A stretch of 64,000 bases of DNA from an uncultured Chloroflexia bacterium (lineage in GTDB: Bacteria; Chloroflexota; Anaerolineae; CG2-30-64-16): positions 192,001 to 256,000 of the forward strand of contig CAVZDU010000002.1 of assembly GCA_963774265.1 (NCBI GenBank). The letters run 5' to 3'. This document shows, in pieces, positions 49,132-60,216 of the stretch (the stretch's first letter is position 1; each line of letters opens with the position of its first letter). The notes beneath the pieces were generated by a model that saw only the letters and a program-made list of their open reading frames with translations, had not been told where the DNA came from and made no database searches. Position numbers and translations under genes: made by a program.

Positions 49132-50196
49132 ATGACCATTTTGACCGTTGTGCTTGGCATTTTTGGGCTTGTTGTGGCCGCGGTTTTCCTCTTTGCCGCG
49201 ACTTCTTGCGCGGAAACCATTGCCTGGTGGACCGAGCGGGGCCGCAACCGAGCCGCCCCAAGCGCGCCGATCGTCATTCCACCACCGAATCCAGATAAGC
49301 CCGTTGCTGATCAGTACATCATTTACTTGAGCGGGGTAGGCCGAAACAGCGGCGAACAGGTGCCCGACAAAGAAGCGCAGTTCCTAGACCTGGTGGAAAA
49401 GGGCGTGCCTGGATCGGTGATCGTGCGCGATGTCTTCCCTTATTCACCCAGCAGCACGCCCCTCACAGAACACCGACTGGTCAAAGGACTGTGGACCGGA
49501 ATTCCCAAGCTTGCCAGGCGCAACCGGCGCTTCATGATCCTGTATCACATCATCTATTTCCGAAACCTTCTGCAGGTGTGTGCGTCGCGAGATTCCTATT
49601 TCGGCCCCTATTACGCGTACGGGTCCGCCAAAGAGATGATCAAGGGCCTGCTCCGCTATGGGTATCGCCCCGAGCAGCCACGACCGGTTACCATTTTGTG
49701 CATCAGCGGCGGCGGCCAACTCTCACAGGCAGCCGCGCCATACATCAAGGAATGGCTCGGATACAAGGTGCGCGTGATCTCAGTGGGCAGCGTGTTCGCT
49801 GATGATCGAGGCACGGAGGATCTGGATGAGATCGTGCACCTCTCGGGCAGCGAGGACGTAACCCAGTACGTGGGGCGAGTGTTGGGGTACACCGGCTGGC
49901 CGGTCTTCCCGAACTCCGCGTGGAACCGCTTCGTGCGCGCCGGCCGCTTTAGATCGATCCCGATGGGTCCGATGAAGCATATGGGGCTGGGCGACTACTT
50001 CAGCCGATCGGTGAGGCTTCCGGACGGCACTCCACACGTACAGAAGACCGCCGAGGTAGTCATCGGTCTGCTTGCACCGCCTGCAGACCGTGTGGGTGGC
50101 ATGAGGCGCCTACCCATCTCGAGCGCAGCCCACGGGCCTCTGCGGGACTTCCCCGCGCCCGTCGGTCCCTCGATTTCCGCGAGTGGAAGGCCTTGA
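49132..50196 (+). CDS. Hypothetical membrane-anchored alpha/beta-hydrolase-like protein
   Basis: N-terminal TM helix, YLSGVG, DVFPYS, CISGGGQ, late His (GPMKH). Confidence 0.6.
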   Translation: MTILTVVLGIFGLVVAAVFLFAATSCAETIAWWTERGRNRAAPSAPIVIPPPNPDKPVADQYIIYLSGVGRNSGEQVPDKEAQFLDLVEKGVPGSVIVRDVFPYSPSSTPLTEHRLVKGLWTGIPKLARRNRRFMILYHIIYFRNLLQVCASRDSYFGPYYAYGSAKEMIKGLLRYGYRPEQPRPVTILCISGGGQLSQAAAPYIKEWLGYKVRVISVGSVFADDRGTEDLDEIVHLSGSEDVTQYVGRVLGYTGWPVFPNSAWNRFVRAGRFRSIPMGPMKHMGLGDYFSRSVRLPDGTPHVQKTAEVVIGLLAPPADRVGGMRRLPISSAAHGPLRDFPAPVGPSISASGRP

Positions 50197-50197
50197 T

Positions 50198-50764
50198 ATG
50201 GTCATACCCTCATTTCTTGATCGAGCACCGATCATCTTATTCCTCGCTGCGACCTCATATGCTGTCGCTCATGGTTCGCGCCTGTTGATGCGCCGCGAAG
50301 GTTGGCTTAAATGGACAGCGGGCGTCCTGTTCGGTCTTCTGGCATTCCTGGTCAGCCGCATCGCGCTGGCCGGTGCAGGTTGGTTGGTCTTCACAGTACT
50401 CTTTGGCAGTGCGCCGGACTTCCTCATCCTTCTCAGCATGGTCGGCCTGGCCAGCACGCCGCTGCTTCTCGCCTTTGTCAACGCGACGCCCTTCTTTGGC
50501 CCGGGTGTTCTGCGAGTGCTGTATGTGATAGCGCTCCTCCGCCTCACCACGCTCTCCAGCACCATCCTTGGCATGGATTGGCTGGGCAGCTTGGGCTGGT
50601 GGGTGACGGCGTGGCTGCTGGCATCTCTCGCCAGCCTGGGCCTCACATCGCTCTTCCGCGGCGCGCGGTGGCTGGCGTGGACAGGGATTCTAGGCGTGAG
50701 TCGCCCATCGCCGGCAGAGGTGATGGCCACGAAGCCCGGCATGAAAAACGCGGTTTGGGAATAG
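50198..50764 (+). CDS. Hypothetical membrane protein
   Basis: Several hydrophobic helices; starts 1 nt after the upstream stop. Confidence 0.65.
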   Translation: MVIPSFLDRAPIILFLAATSYAVAHGSRLLMRREGWLKWTAGVLFGLLAFLVSRIALAGAGWLVFTVLFGSAPDFLILLSMVGLASTPLLLAFVNATPFFGPGVLRVLYVIALLRLTTLSSTILGMDWLGSLGWWVTAWLLASLASLGLTSLFRGARWLAWTGILGVSRPSPAEVMATKPGMKNAVWE

Positions 50765-50815
50765 CGCAATCGGGCGATTGTTCTTGTTGCACCAAGAAAA
50801 GCAAGCGGAGGACGC

Positions 50816-51895
50816 ATGGCGGAAAAGGAGCTCGGTTACGTCGAATTGGAGTGGACCTGTCCGAGCTGCAACACGCGTAACCCTGGCAGCCTGCAGAAGT
50901 GCCAGCAATGTGGCTCGGCGATGCCGGCAGACGTCCAGTTCGAACAGGCAGCCGAAGAGCAGATAATCACCGAGAAGGAGGAGATCGCTGCCGCGCAGGC
51001 AGGCCCGGACATCTACTGCGCTTACTGCGGTACGCGCAATGCCGCAACCGCCAAGATCTGCAAGCAATGTGCCGCACCCTTAGTAGAAGGCACAGCACGC
51101 GAAGTGGCGGGCGTCATCGGCGGCCTGCGGGATAAGCCCGCGCCGCCACAAAAATGCCCCGCCTGCGGGACGGAGAACAAAGCCACCGCGCTGAAGTGCG
51201 TCAACTGCGGCGCACCCTTGGGAACAGCCGTGCCAGCGGCGGCCACTTCGCTCTCTGTTCCGACGCCCGCCAGTCGCCCGGGGGGCCTGGGCATCCTGCC
51301 ACTGATCTTACTCGGCGCGGTGATCCTGCTCGGGGTGTTCTTCGTGGTTGGCCGGCGCAGCAGCGACATGGTTGGCCAGGTGGCGGACTACGGCTGGCGA
51401 AGAACCATTGCCATCCAGGCGCTCGCTCCGGTCACGCGCGAGGGATGGTTGGAGCAATTGCCCGCTGGCGTAGATGTGGTGGAGTGCCAGAAACGGGTCT
51501 ATCAGGTGGTGGACCAACCTGTCGCGGGCGCACGCGAAATCTGCGGCACGCCTTATGTGGTCGACACGGGCACCGGTTACGGGAAGGTCAAACAGGACTG
51601 CCAGTACCAGGTGCTCGCTGATTACTGCCAGTATCGCACTTTGGCATGGGTAGTTGCGCCTCCCCTGATCCTGGAGGGTCGCGACTTCAACCCGCGCTGG
51701 CCGGCTGCGAATTTGGCTGAGAGTCAGCGCGCCGGCGGCCAGTCGGAAGAGTACTTCATTGTCTTTCGCGCTAACGACCGCGAGTACACCTACACGACGC
51801 GAAACGTCAACGAGTACATCCAGTTGGCGCAGGGCGGCGCGTGGCGCCTGACAATCAATGGATTTGGCCAGATCACCGACATCAGCGCAGGATAA
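50816..51895 (+). CDS. Multi zinc-ribbon (RanBP2-like) membrane protein
   Basis: WTCPSC.TRN..CQQC, YCAYC..CKQC, CPAC..CVNC; one TM helix; Cys-containing external domain. Confidence 0.8.
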   Translation: MAEKELGYVELEWTCPSCNTRNPGSLQKCQQCGSAMPADVQFEQAAEEQIITEKEEIAAAQAGPDIYCAYCGTRNAATAKICKQCAAPLVEGTAREVAGVIGGLRDKPAPPQKCPACGTENKATALKCVNCGAPLGTAVPAAATSLSVPTPASRPGGLGILPLILLGAVILLGVFFVVGRRSSDMVGQVADYGWRRTIAIQALAPVTREGWLEQLPAGVDVVECQKRVYQVVDQPVAGAREICGTPYVVDTGTGYGKVKQDCQYQVLADYCQYRTLAWVVAPPLILEGRDFNPRWPAANLAESQRAGGQSEEYFIVFRANDREYTYTTRNVNEYIQLAQGGAWRLTINGFGQITDISAG

Positions 51896-51941
51896 GCACG
51901 TGGTTTCAACGCTTATCAAGTCACACATTGGAGGCGACACC

Positions 51942-52355
51942 ATGCCGCAAGGCATCATTCCGTGGATTGCACTCATCGTACTCGCTCTAGTGCTGGCGGG
52001 ATGCCAGGGGGCGAGCCCGGCTGCAGGAGTTGACATTGCGAAACTGCCAAACACGATCGACGTGGCGACGACCAAGGCGCTGCAGGGCCGGTCCGATGTA
52101 GTTCTGGTCGATGTGCGCGAGCAGACTGAGTATGATGCGGGGCACATTCCTGGCGTCAAGCTCATACCGCTTGGCCAGGTTCCGGCTCGCATGGCCGAGA
52201 TTCCCAAAGACAAAACGGTGATCCTGACCTGCCGGTCGGGCAACCGGAGCGGTCAGGCAGCGGATTTCTTGAGACAACAGGGTTATACCAACGTGCACAA
52301 CATGGAGGGAGGCATCACTGCATGGCAGCAGGCCGGCCTTCCCATTGAGAAGTAG
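51942..52355 (+). CDS. Rhodanese-domain lipoprotein
   Basis: LAGC lipobox; DVRE..EY..GHIPG, CRSGNRS, GGITAW. Confidence 0.9.
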   Translation: MPQGIIPWIALIVLALVLAGCQGASPAAGVDIAKLPNTIDVATTKALQGRSDVVLVDVREQTEYDAGHIPGVKLIPLGQVPARMAEIPKDKTVILTCRSGNRSGQAADFLRQQGYTNVHNMEGGITAWQQAGLPIEK

Positions 52356-52382
52356 TGTTTATCCGTTCATCATCAGAGGAGA

Positions 52383-53162
52383 ATGCGTATGAACCGTGAC
52401 GCTATCAGGCAGATCGCTGTCTGGGTCGGCGTGATTGCGACGATCGTCGTAAATGGACTTGCGAATGCACTGCCCATCAACAACCAGATGACTGGAGACA
52501 TCGCCAACCAGTACAAGGGGCAGAATCTTTGGCTGCCCGCCGGCTATGTCTTCAGCATCTGGGGTTTGATTTACGTCGGCCTGATCGCCTACGCGATCTA
52601 CCAGTCACTCCCTCGCCAGCGCGAGAACCCTCGTCTGCGGCGCATCGGGTGGCCATTCGTGATCTCCTGTGCCGCAAATATCATCTGGCTGCTCTTCTTC
52701 CACTATAATCAGTTCCCGCTCTCCATGGTCGCAATGCTAGTGCTGTTAGCAGCTCTGATTGCGATCTACTCGCTGCTCGGCCGCAATGAGAACGTTTCCA
52801 CGGGCGAGCGCTGGGCTGTCCGCCTGCCGTTCAGCATCTACCTGGGCTGGATCACCGTCGCGACGGTGGCAAACGCTGCGCATGTGTTCGTGAATGCCGG
52901 ATGGAAGGGCGAGCCTTTCGGTGCGTTGGCGTGGTTGATCATCATGTACCTGGTCGCCCTCGCGCTGGCGGCACTGGTCGCCTTAACGCGACGCGATGTG
53001 GCCTACCTGCTCGTGTTGGTATGGGCGTTCATCGGAATCGCGGTAAACTACAGCAGCATGACCGGCGTGTTGATCAGCTCCATCATTGCCTCACTGCTAG
53101 TAGCTGTACTGGCAGTACTGATCGCGGCACGGTCGCTCTGGCAAGGTAAAACCTACAATTGA
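52383..53162 (+). CDS. TspO-like tryptophan-rich membrane protein
   Basis: PAGYVFSIWGLIY, FSIYLGWITVATVAN. Confidence 0.8.
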   Translation: MRMNRDAIRQIAVWVGVIATIVVNGLANALPINNQMTGDIANQYKGQNLWLPAGYVFSIWGLIYVGLIAYAIYQSLPRQRENPRLRRIGWPFVISCAANIIWLLFFHYNQFPLSMVAMLVLLAALIAIYSLLGRNENVSTGERWAVRLPFSIYLGWITVATVANAAHVFVNAGWKGEPFGALAWLIIMYLVALALAALVALTRRDVAYLLVLVWAFIGIAVNYSSMTGVLISSIIASLLVAVLAVLIAARSLWQGKTYN

Positions 53163-53165
53163 CGC

Positions 53166-54113
53166 ATGGTTGAAGTCGCCAATATCCTGCTGCCGATATT
53201 CGCAGTGATCGCACTTGGGGCGGTCTTGCGTTATTCGGGTTTTGCGTCAGTTCAGGTTTTTCAACAGACTAACCGGCTCGTCTACTGGATCGGCATCCCC
53301 GCGTATCTCTTCTACAAGACTGCCGATTCCAAGCTCCAGGGCGACGCGGCCGCGCGCGTGTTCGCCGTCCTGTTCGGCGCGATGGTCAGCGCCATCGCAC
53401 TGGGTTATCTCATCGCCGGGCTGTTACGGTTAGAAGCGACCTCCGCAAGCGCGTTCGTGCATGGGGCGTTTCGCAGCAACCTTGTTTATGTAGGGCTGCC
53501 GGTGGTGTTTCTCGCGCTTGCGGCCCGGGGATACGAGCAGTTACCCGAGCTTCAGGCGGTAGCGGTGATTTCGATCGCCCTGCTCGTGCCTATCTACAAC
53601 ACCGCCGCGGTGCTCGTTCTTGTTGGGGGCCATGAAGGGGGGCGAGAACAGCTGCCCAAAAGGCTACGGGAGCTTGTGACGCGCCTGTTGACGAACCCAC
53701 TGATCCTGTCCTGCGTAGCGGGGCTGGTCGTGCTAGGACTCGGATGGAAGCTCCCCCAGCCGATACGGCAAACCTGCGAAACCCTGGGGGCCATGACGAC
53801 GCCACTGGCATTGTTAGGCATCGGCGCGGCGCTATCGTTCACCACTTTACGCAGCTACTGGCTGAGAGCGACCTTATCGGCGGGAATCAAGGTAATCGCT
53901 GCGCCACTGATTGGACTTCTGTTGGCGCGGTGGTTGGCGTTGTCGTCGGCCGAACTGCGTATGGCACTCATATTCCTGGCCTGTCCTAGCGCCACTGTCA
54001 CCTACATCATGGCGCAACAGATGGGGGCAGATGACGGGCTCGCGGCCAACATCGTTTTGTTGTCGACACTTCTGGCATTGCCATCATTGGCCGTGGTGCT
54101 GACGTCGACATGA
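53166..54113 (+). CDS. AEC (auxin efflux carrier) family transporter
   Basis: FRSNLVYVGLP, NPLI, PLALLGIGA, CPSA. Confidence 0.88.
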   Translation: MVEVANILLPIFAVIALGAVLRYSGFASVQVFQQTNRLVYWIGIPAYLFYKTADSKLQGDAAARVFAVLFGAMVSAIALGYLIAGLLRLEATSASAFVHGAFRSNLVYVGLPVVFLALAARGYEQLPELQAVAVISIALLVPIYNTAAVLVLVGGHEGGREQLPKRLRELVTRLLTNPLILSCVAGLVVLGLGWKLPQPIRQTCETLGAMTTPLALLGIGAALSFTTLRSYWLRATLSAGIKVIAAPLIGLLLARWLALSSAELRMALIFLACPSATVTYIMAQQMGADDGLAANIVLLSTLLALPSLAVVLTST

Positions 54114-54117
54114 CGCT

Positions 54118-54858
54118 TCACTTCCGCCATGCGATATGTTCTCCGCCATCTACCTCGATCACGGTCCCAGTGATGAAGCTTGCCTGCACCAGAAAAAGAA
54201 CCGCCTCAGCGACATCCTGTGGACTGCCCCATCGGCCCAGCAAGGTGCGAGCCGCGGCGGCCTGCATCTGCTTCTCGGTGTAGCCCGGCGGGGGTAGGAC
54301 CGGTCCGGGTGCGACGGCGTTCACGCGCACCGCGGGTGCAAGTTCCATCGCCATCCCATATGTTAAGTTCAACAACCCCGCCTTGCCTACCGAATGCGCA
54401 GTCAGGTTCGGGAACGGCACAAAGGCCGACAAATCGACGATGTTGACGATGGCGCCATCCCCGTGTGCGGCCAGGTGCGGCGCGGCCGAGTGGCTGGTGA
54501 ACGCCGAACCCTTGAGGAGAATGTCCGTCACCTGATCCCACTCTTCCTCTTTGAGTTCTGCGAATTTTGTGCGCTTCCAAAGAGACGCGCTGTTCACGAG
54601 CACATCCAGCCGGCCGAAGTGTGCGACCGTTGCGTCTACAAGTCTGCGGCACGCGGCCACGCTCCCCGCGTCTGCCTGCTGTGCCAGAGCATGCCGGCCC
54701 AAGAGCTCCAGCTCCTGCTGCGTTTCCCTAGCCGCGTCCGCCGATGAGTGATAGCTGAAAGCGATATCCGCACCCGCGCGCGCCAACGTCAGTGCGATCG
54801 CCTTACCCACACGCACCGCACCGCCGGTCACGAGTGCCACTTTGCCGTGCAGTTCCAT
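54118..54858 (-). CDS. SDR oxidoreductase, pteridine reductase (FolM/PTR1)-like
   Basis: TGGAVRVG, LVNSAS, NIVD, VRVNAVAPG, VDGG. Confidence 0.85.
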   Translation of the reverse strand: MELHGKVALVTGGAVRVGKAIALTLARAGADIAFSYHSSADAARETQQELELLGRHALAQQADAGSVAACRRLVDATVAHFGRLDVLVNSASLWKRTKFAELKEEEWDQVTDILLKGSAFTSHSAAPHLAAHGDGAIVNIVDLSAFVPFPNLTAHSVGKAGLLNLTYGMAMELAPAVRVNAVAPGPVLPPPGYTEKQMQAAAARTLLGRWGSPQDVAEAVLFLVQASFITGTVIEVDGGEHIAWRK

Positions 54859-54976
54859 AATGCGTAACCTCCAGCGTCAGATGTTACATCTAATCCGCCT
54901 AATCCCCTAACAACCCAGCCCCTCTCATCGAAGGCGTTCGCCGATAGCGGCTTTTTGTTATTTTACACATGTGTAT

Positions 54977-55015
54977 TTGCATATATTCGATGGCTGTGGT
55001 AGACTCAAGTTGAGT
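54977..55015 (+). promoter_or_regulatory. suf operon promoter with overlapping palindrome
   Basis: TTGCAT-N17-TAGACT (TG-extended). ACTCAA-G-TTGAGT palindrome at 55003-55015 overlaps the -10 and start region. Confidence 0.65.
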
Positions 55016-55048
55016 TTGAAACGTATTGACGAGTGAAGGAAGAAAAGG

Positions 55049-55678
55049 ATGATCCAAAGGCAGTTGACCGGCAGCCCCGCGGGTGAAGTGCTCATGCTGT
55101 TGCAGCGCAAGGGCGCGGCCACCGTTAAGGACCTGGAAGTGGCAATGGACGTCACCGCGACCGCGGTGCGCCAACAACTGATGGCGCTCTTAGCCGAGGG
55201 TTTTATTGAGCAGCGCATCGAGAATATCGGCCGTGGGCGGCCCAAACACGTCTACTCGCTGACGACAAAGGGCCGCGCGCTCTTTCCACATCACTACGAT
55301 GAATTCACAAACTCCCTGCTGCGGGAAATCCTGCTCGTCGAGGGTCCGGGCAAAGTGGAGGAACTGCTGGCGCGTATGGGGAAGCGGATGGCGGAACAAT
55401 ATGCACAGCATATCGCCTCATCATTGCCGCATGAGCGTGCGCAAGCTCTGACGGAAATGCTAAACGCCAAGGGCATCCTGACAGAGCTATTCATAGAGCC
55501 GGATAGCATCGTGTTTCGCGAGTACACCTGTCCATATTACGAGTTAGCGCGCGAGCATCGCGCCATCTGTGATATGGAACAGGGCATGATCGAGCAGGTG
55601 ATGAACCAGCCGGTGGAACTGGTGTCTTGCACGCTGGATGGGCACCATGGGTGCCAGTTCAAAACTGAGTCCAAATAA
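55049..55678 (+). CDS. sufR: SufR-type wHTH Fe-S regulator
   Basis: TAVRQQL, GRGRP..YSLT..G...FP, CPY..A....IC..E..GHHGC; first gene of the suf operon. Confidence 0.85.
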   Translation: MIQRQLTGSPAGEVLMLLQRKGAATVKDLEVAMDVTATAVRQQLMALLAEGFIEQRIENIGRGRPKHVYSLTTKGRALFPHHYDEFTNSLLREILLVEGPGKVEELLARMGKRMAEQYAQHIASSLPHERAQALTEMLNAKGILTELFIEPDSIVFREYTCPYYELAREHRAICDMEQGMIEQVMNQPVELVSCTLDGHHGCQFKTESK

Positions 55679-55708
55679 CAATTCAACCCTAATGAGGAGC
55701 TGTGGTCC

Positions 55709-56542
55709 ATGTCTTCTGAGCTAGTGATCAAAGATCTGTTTGTGAATGTCGATGGAAAGCCGATTTTGCTGGGCGTCAACCTAACCATCCGCCAGGGCGA
55801 AGTACACGCGCTGATGGGGCCAAACGGCTCGGGCAAGAGCACCCTGGCTTACACCATCGCAGGGCATCCGCACTATGAGGTCGTCTCTGGCGATATTCTG
55901 CTGGATGGGCGGAGCATCCTCGATATGGGGGCGGATCAGCGCGCGAAGGTGGGATTGTTCCTGGCGTTCCAGTACCCGACCGCCATCCCGGGCGTCAGCA
56001 TGGCGAACTTCTTGCGTCAGGCAGTCAGTGCTGTCCGAGGGTACACCGAAAAGGCCAAGCAGCAGGTTGTCGACGGCGGCAGCGCAAAGCCGATTGGCTC
56101 TGAGTTGATGCCGATGCGAGAATTCCGCAAAGAATTGACCGAGAAGATGGATAAGCTCCACATCGACTCTGCGTTTGCGCGGCGCTACCTGAACGACGGC
56201 TTTTCGGGTGGCGAAAAGAAGCGTGCTGAGATCCTGCAGATGGCGATGCTCGACCCCAAGATCGCAGTGCTCGACGAGACGGACTCGGGCCTGGACATCG
56301 ACGCACTGCGCGTCGTGTCCGAGGGCGTGAACAGCTTGCTGGGGGAGACACTGGGCGTACTTCTCATCACGCACTACCAGCGCCTACTCGACTATATCAA
56401 GCCGCAGTTCGTGCACGTTTTCTACAACGGCCGCATCGTTATGTCCGGCGGTCCGGATCTAGCCCCGGAACTCGAAGCGAGAGGTTATCAGTGGATTCGC
56501 GAGGAATTCGGCGAGCCGCTGCCTGGGGTGGAATTGGCGTAA
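55709..56542 (+). CDS. sufC: Fe-S assembly ATPase SufC
   Basis: [42 protein letters not shown]. Confidence 0.97.
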   Translation: MSSELVIKDLFVNVDGKPILLGVNLTIRQGEVHALMGPNGSGKSTLAYTIAGHPHYEVVSGDILLDGRSILDMGADQRAKVGLFLAFQYPTAIPGVSMANFLRQAVSAVRGYTEKAKQQVVDGGSAKPIGSELMPMREFRKELTEKMDKLHIDSAFARRYLNDGFSGGEKKRAEILQMAMLDPKIAVLDETDSGLDIDALRVVSEGVNSLLGETLGVLLITHYQRLLDYIKPQFVHVFYNGRIVMSGGPDLAPELEARGYQWIREEFGEPLPGVELA

Positions 56543-56560
56543 CGATTCAAGGAGTGCATT

Positions 56561-57979
56561 ATGTCTGCGATGGAATCCGATCAGAACATTCTAGCGGACC
56601 TGAAGTCCGAATATCAATACGGGTGGAGCCAACCTGAGAAATACGTCTTCAAGGCTCGAAAAGGCCTGGACCACGAGATCGTCGATCAGATCAGCGTCAT
56701 GAAGCGCGAGCCGGAATGGATGCGCAAGCTGCGTCATGAGGCACTGGACATTTTCTTGTCCAAACCGATCCCGACGTGGGGAGCCGATCTGAGCGGCATC
56801 GATTTCCAGGACATTTACTACTACATTAAGCCGACAGAGGCGCAAGGCAAGAGCTGGGATGATGTGCCTGCGGACATCAAAGAGACGTTCGACAAGCTTG
56901 GCATCCCTGAAGCTGAGCGCAAGTTCCTGGCCGGCGTTGGTGCACAATACGAGTCCGAGGCGATCTACCACTCGCTCAAGGAGGAGTGGGAGAAGCTGGG
57001 CGTCATCTTCATGGACTCTGACAGCGGATTGCGCGAGCACGAGGACATCTACAAGGAATACTTCGGCACGGTAGTGCCGTCAACCGACAATGTTTTCGCG
57101 GCCCTGAACACTGCGTTTTGGTCGGGGGGCTCCTTCGTCTACGTGCCGAAGGGCGTGCACCTGGATATCCCACTGCAGGCGTATTTCCGTATCAATGCCC
57201 AGAGCATGGGCCAGTTCGAGCGCACGCTGATCATCGTCGATGAGGGCGCGACGGTCCATTATGTTGAAGGCTGCACCGCGCCGACTTACTCCGAGGACTC
57301 GCTGCACTCAGGTGTGATCGAGATCATCGTCCGCAAGAATGCTCGTTGCCGCTACACGACTATTCAGAACTGGTCGACCAACGTGTACAACCTGGTCACC
57401 CAGCGCACGTTAGTGTCCGAGGGCGGCACGATGGAGTGGGTGGATGCGAACCTGGGGTCGAAGGTCACGATGAAGTATCCATCGGTCTACATGATGGGAC
57501 CGGGCGCAAAGGGACAAATCCTCTCAATGGCATTTGCCGGGCCGGGACAACACCTCGACACAGGCGGCAAGTTGATTCACGCTGCGCCGAATACGTCCAG
57601 CCAGTTGATTTCCAAATCGATCAGCAAGGGCGGCGGACGCGCGTGCTACCGCGGCTTGCTCAAGGTTGCCAAGGGCGCGGTCGGCTCGAAGTCCAATGTG
57701 GTGTGTGACGCGCTACTGCTCGACGCCAAGAGCCGCTCGGACACCTATCCGTACATCGAGATCGACGAAGAGGACGTCACCGTCGGCCACGAGGCGTCGG
57801 TCAGCAAGATCGGCGAGGAGCAGCTTTTCTATCTGATGAGCCGCGGCCTGGGTGAGGACGAAGCCAGCGCCATGATCGTCTCCGGGTTCATCGAGCCAAT
57901 GGTGAAGGAACTGCCGATGGAATACGCCGTTGAACTAAACCGCTTGATCCAGCTCCAGATGGAAGGCTCGATCGGTTGA
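56561..57979 (+). CDS. sufB: Fe-S assembly protein SufB
   Basis: [36 protein letters not shown]. Confidence 0.97.
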   Translation: MSAMESDQNILADLKSEYQYGWSQPEKYVFKARKGLDHEIVDQISVMKREPEWMRKLRHEALDIFLSKPIPTWGADLSGIDFQDIYYYIKPTEAQGKSWDDVPADIKETFDKLGIPEAERKFLAGVGAQYESEAIYHSLKEEWEKLGVIFMDSDSGLREHEDIYKEYFGTVVPSTDNVFAALNTAFWSGGSFVYVPKGVHLDIPLQAYFRINAQSMGQFERTLIIVDEGATVHYVEGCTAPTYSEDSLHSGVIEIIVRKNARCRYTTIQNWSTNVYNLVTQRTLVSEGGTMEWVDANLGSKVTMKYPSVYMMGPGAKGQILSMAFAGPGQHLDTGGKLIHAAPNTSSQLISKSISKGGGRACYRGLLKVAKGAVGSKSNVVCDALLLDAKSRSDTYPYIEIDEEDVTVGHEASVSKIGEEQLFYLMSRGLGEDEASAMIVSGFIEPMVKELPMEYAVELNRLIQLQMEGSIG

Positions 57980-57996
57980 GGCCAAAGGAAAGACTG

Positions 57997-59304
57997 ATGA
58001 CGACACAAACCCAAGTGATTGAAAATATTTCCCAGGCCTCGGTCGAGGCTCTTTCATCCGTGCGGCAGGAGCCCGACTGGGTGCTTGATCTACGTCTAAA
58101 GGCGTGGCGCTTCTTCCAGGAGATGCCGTGGCCCACAGGCACGGAGGAGACGTGGCGGCGCACCAAGCTGACCGGCTTCAAGGTGGAAGACTACACGCCG
58201 CTGGTGGGCGCAGGCGCCGGCGGAAGTCTGCCCGAGGACGTTGCCAAGAGCCTCGCGGAGGTGGAGAGCGTCGGCGAGTTGGCATTTGTCGACGGCGCCC
58301 GTGCTCACTACCGGCTCGATCCAAAACTTGCGGCTCAGGGAGTGATCTTCACTGACTTGGGAACCGCGGTGCGCGAACATGCTGACCTGGTGCAGAAGTT
58401 CTTCGGCGCGACGGCGCCCGAGGGCGAGAACAAATTCTGCGCGCTTCACTATGCGCTTTGGAATTCGGGAACATTCGTCTATGTGCCGCGCAATGTTGTC
58501 GTGGAACAACCACTCCAGGTGGTGATCGGCCAGGGTGAAGGCAAGAAGGCGGGGTTCCACCACACGATCGTAGCAACTGAGCCGAACGCGGTGGTGACAC
58601 TGGTTGAGGACTTCATCGGCGGCGAAAACGGCATGAGCGATTCCGTGGTCGAGCTGCTGTCGGGTGCAAACAGTCAACTGCACTACCTGCACCTGCAGAA
58701 CCTGGCGGATAGCACCTGGAACTTCACAACCCAACGCATGAAGTTGGGCCGCGACAGTCTGATGCGGCACTTCATGGGCTCGTGGGGCAGTCGACTGAGC
58801 AAAGCATGGTTGAATATGGACCTGGACAGCCCGGGCGGCCATGGCGAATTGTTGGGGCTTTACTTCCCCGGCGGCCGGCAGCACCTGGACCATCACACAA
58901 ATCAATTGCACAAAGCACCTAACACCACCAGTGATCTGCTCTACAAGGGTGCGCTGAAGGACCGATCGCGCTCGGTTTACCAGGGTTACATTAAAGTCTA
59001 TCCTGACGCGCAGAAGACCAATGCGTACCAGGCGAACCGCAACCTGATGCTGAGCAAAACCGCACGTGCGGACAGCACTCCCGGTCTCGAGATTGAAGCA
59101 GATGACGTGCGCTGCACCCACGGCGCGACAGCCGGCCAGGTGCCCGCAGAATACGTCTTCTACCTGATGTCTCGCGGTATCGATCGCACCAATGCTGAGC
59201 GAATGATCGTCCAAGGCTTCTTTGAGGAGGTCCTGAACCGCATTCCTGTGGCTGGTGTGCGAAATAAGCTCGAAACCGAGATCGCGCGCAAGCTGGGATT
59301 GTAA
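57997..59304 (+). CDS. sufD: Fe-S assembly protein SufD
   Basis: ETWRRT, AQKTNAYQANRNL, LEIEADDVRCTHGAT. Confidence 0.95.
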   Translation: MTTQTQVIENISQASVEALSSVRQEPDWVLDLRLKAWRFFQEMPWPTGTEETWRRTKLTGFKVEDYTPLVGAGAGGSLPEDVAKSLAEVESVGELAFVDGARAHYRLDPKLAAQGVIFTDLGTAVREHADLVQKFFGATAPEGENKFCALHYALWNSGTFVYVPRNVVVEQPLQVVIGQGEGKKAGFHHTIVATEPNAVVTLVEDFIGGENGMSDSVVELLSGANSQLHYLHLQNLADSTWNFTTQRMKLGRDSLMRHFMGSWGSRLSKAWLNMDLDSPGGHGELLGLYFPGGRQHLDHHTNQLHKAPNTTSDLLYKGALKDRSRSVYQGYIKVYPDAQKTNAYQANRNLMLSKTARADSTPGLEIEADDVRCTHGATAGQVPAEYVFYLMSRGIDRTNAERMIVQGFFEEVLNRIPVAGVRNKLETEIARKLGL

Positions 59305-59329
59305 ATAGGGTGCGGACTTGGAGGCACAC

Positions 59330-60181
59330 ATGAATCAGGGTTATGCGTTTCCAGAGAAACTAGTTTCCACGCAATGGGTGGCGGAGCATCTGACCGATCC
59401 CCGCATACGGATTGTGGAGTCAAATGAGGACATCTTGCTCTACAGCCGCGGCCATATTCCGGGTGCAGTGCATATCGATTGGGTTGCAGACCTGAATGAT
59501 CCGATTACACGTGACTATCTGAACAAGATTCGGTTTGAGCAACTCATGTCGAGGCACGGCATCGGCAATGACACACTGGTTGTGTTCTATGGCGACAAGA
59601 GCAACTGGTGGGCGTGTTATGCCCTGTGGATATTTGAGTTGTTCGGCCATACCAAATCGGCTGTCATGGATGGCGGGCGGCTCAAGTGGGAGCAAGAGGG
59701 TCGCTCAATGACAAGGGATGTGCCGGCTTACGAGCCCACCGCCTATCACGCGCCCGAACGCGACGACAGCCAAATTCGCGCATTCCGGGATGATGTGCTG
59801 CAACATGTGAAGGCCGGCCTGCCTCTGGTGGACGTCCGCAGCCCGGGCGAGTATACTGGCAAGCTGTACCATATGGAGGGCTACCCACAGGAAGGCGCGA
59901 TGCGTGCCGGTCATATCAAGGGCGCGGTCAACGTACCCTGGGCCAGGGCCGCCAGCCTTTCAGACGGCACCTTCAAGCCGGCGGACGAGCTGCACTCACT
60001 GTACCAAGTCGAGCAGGGTCTGAAGCCGACCGATAACGTCATTGCGTACTGCCGAATCGGCGAGCGGTCGAGCCATACCTGGTTCGTGCTCAAGTATTTG
60101 TTGGGGTACAACCAGGTCCGGAACTACGACGGCAGCTGGACTGAATGGGGCAATTTGGTCGGCGTCCCCATTGAGCGTTAG
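59330..60181 (+). CDS. Two-domain sulfurtransferase (SseA/CysA2-like rhodanese)
   Basis: [28 protein letters not shown]. Confidence 0.92.
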   Translation: MNQGYAFPEKLVSTQWVAEHLTDPRIRIVESNEDILLYSRGHIPGAVHIDWVADLNDPITRDYLNKIRFEQLMSRHGIGNDTLVVFYGDKSNWWACYALWIFELFGHTKSAVMDGGRLKWEQEGRSMTRDVPAYEPTAYHAPERDDSQIRAFRDDVLQHVKAGLPLVDVRSPGEYTGKLYHMEGYPQEGAMRAGHIKGAVNVPWARAASLSDGTFKPADELHSLYQVEQGLKPTDNVIAYCRIGERSSHTWFVLKYLLGYNQVRNYDGSWTEWGNLVGVPIER

Positions 60182-60216
60182 TTCGTGCCTTTATGTTAGA
60201 ATCGGAGACTGCCAGC

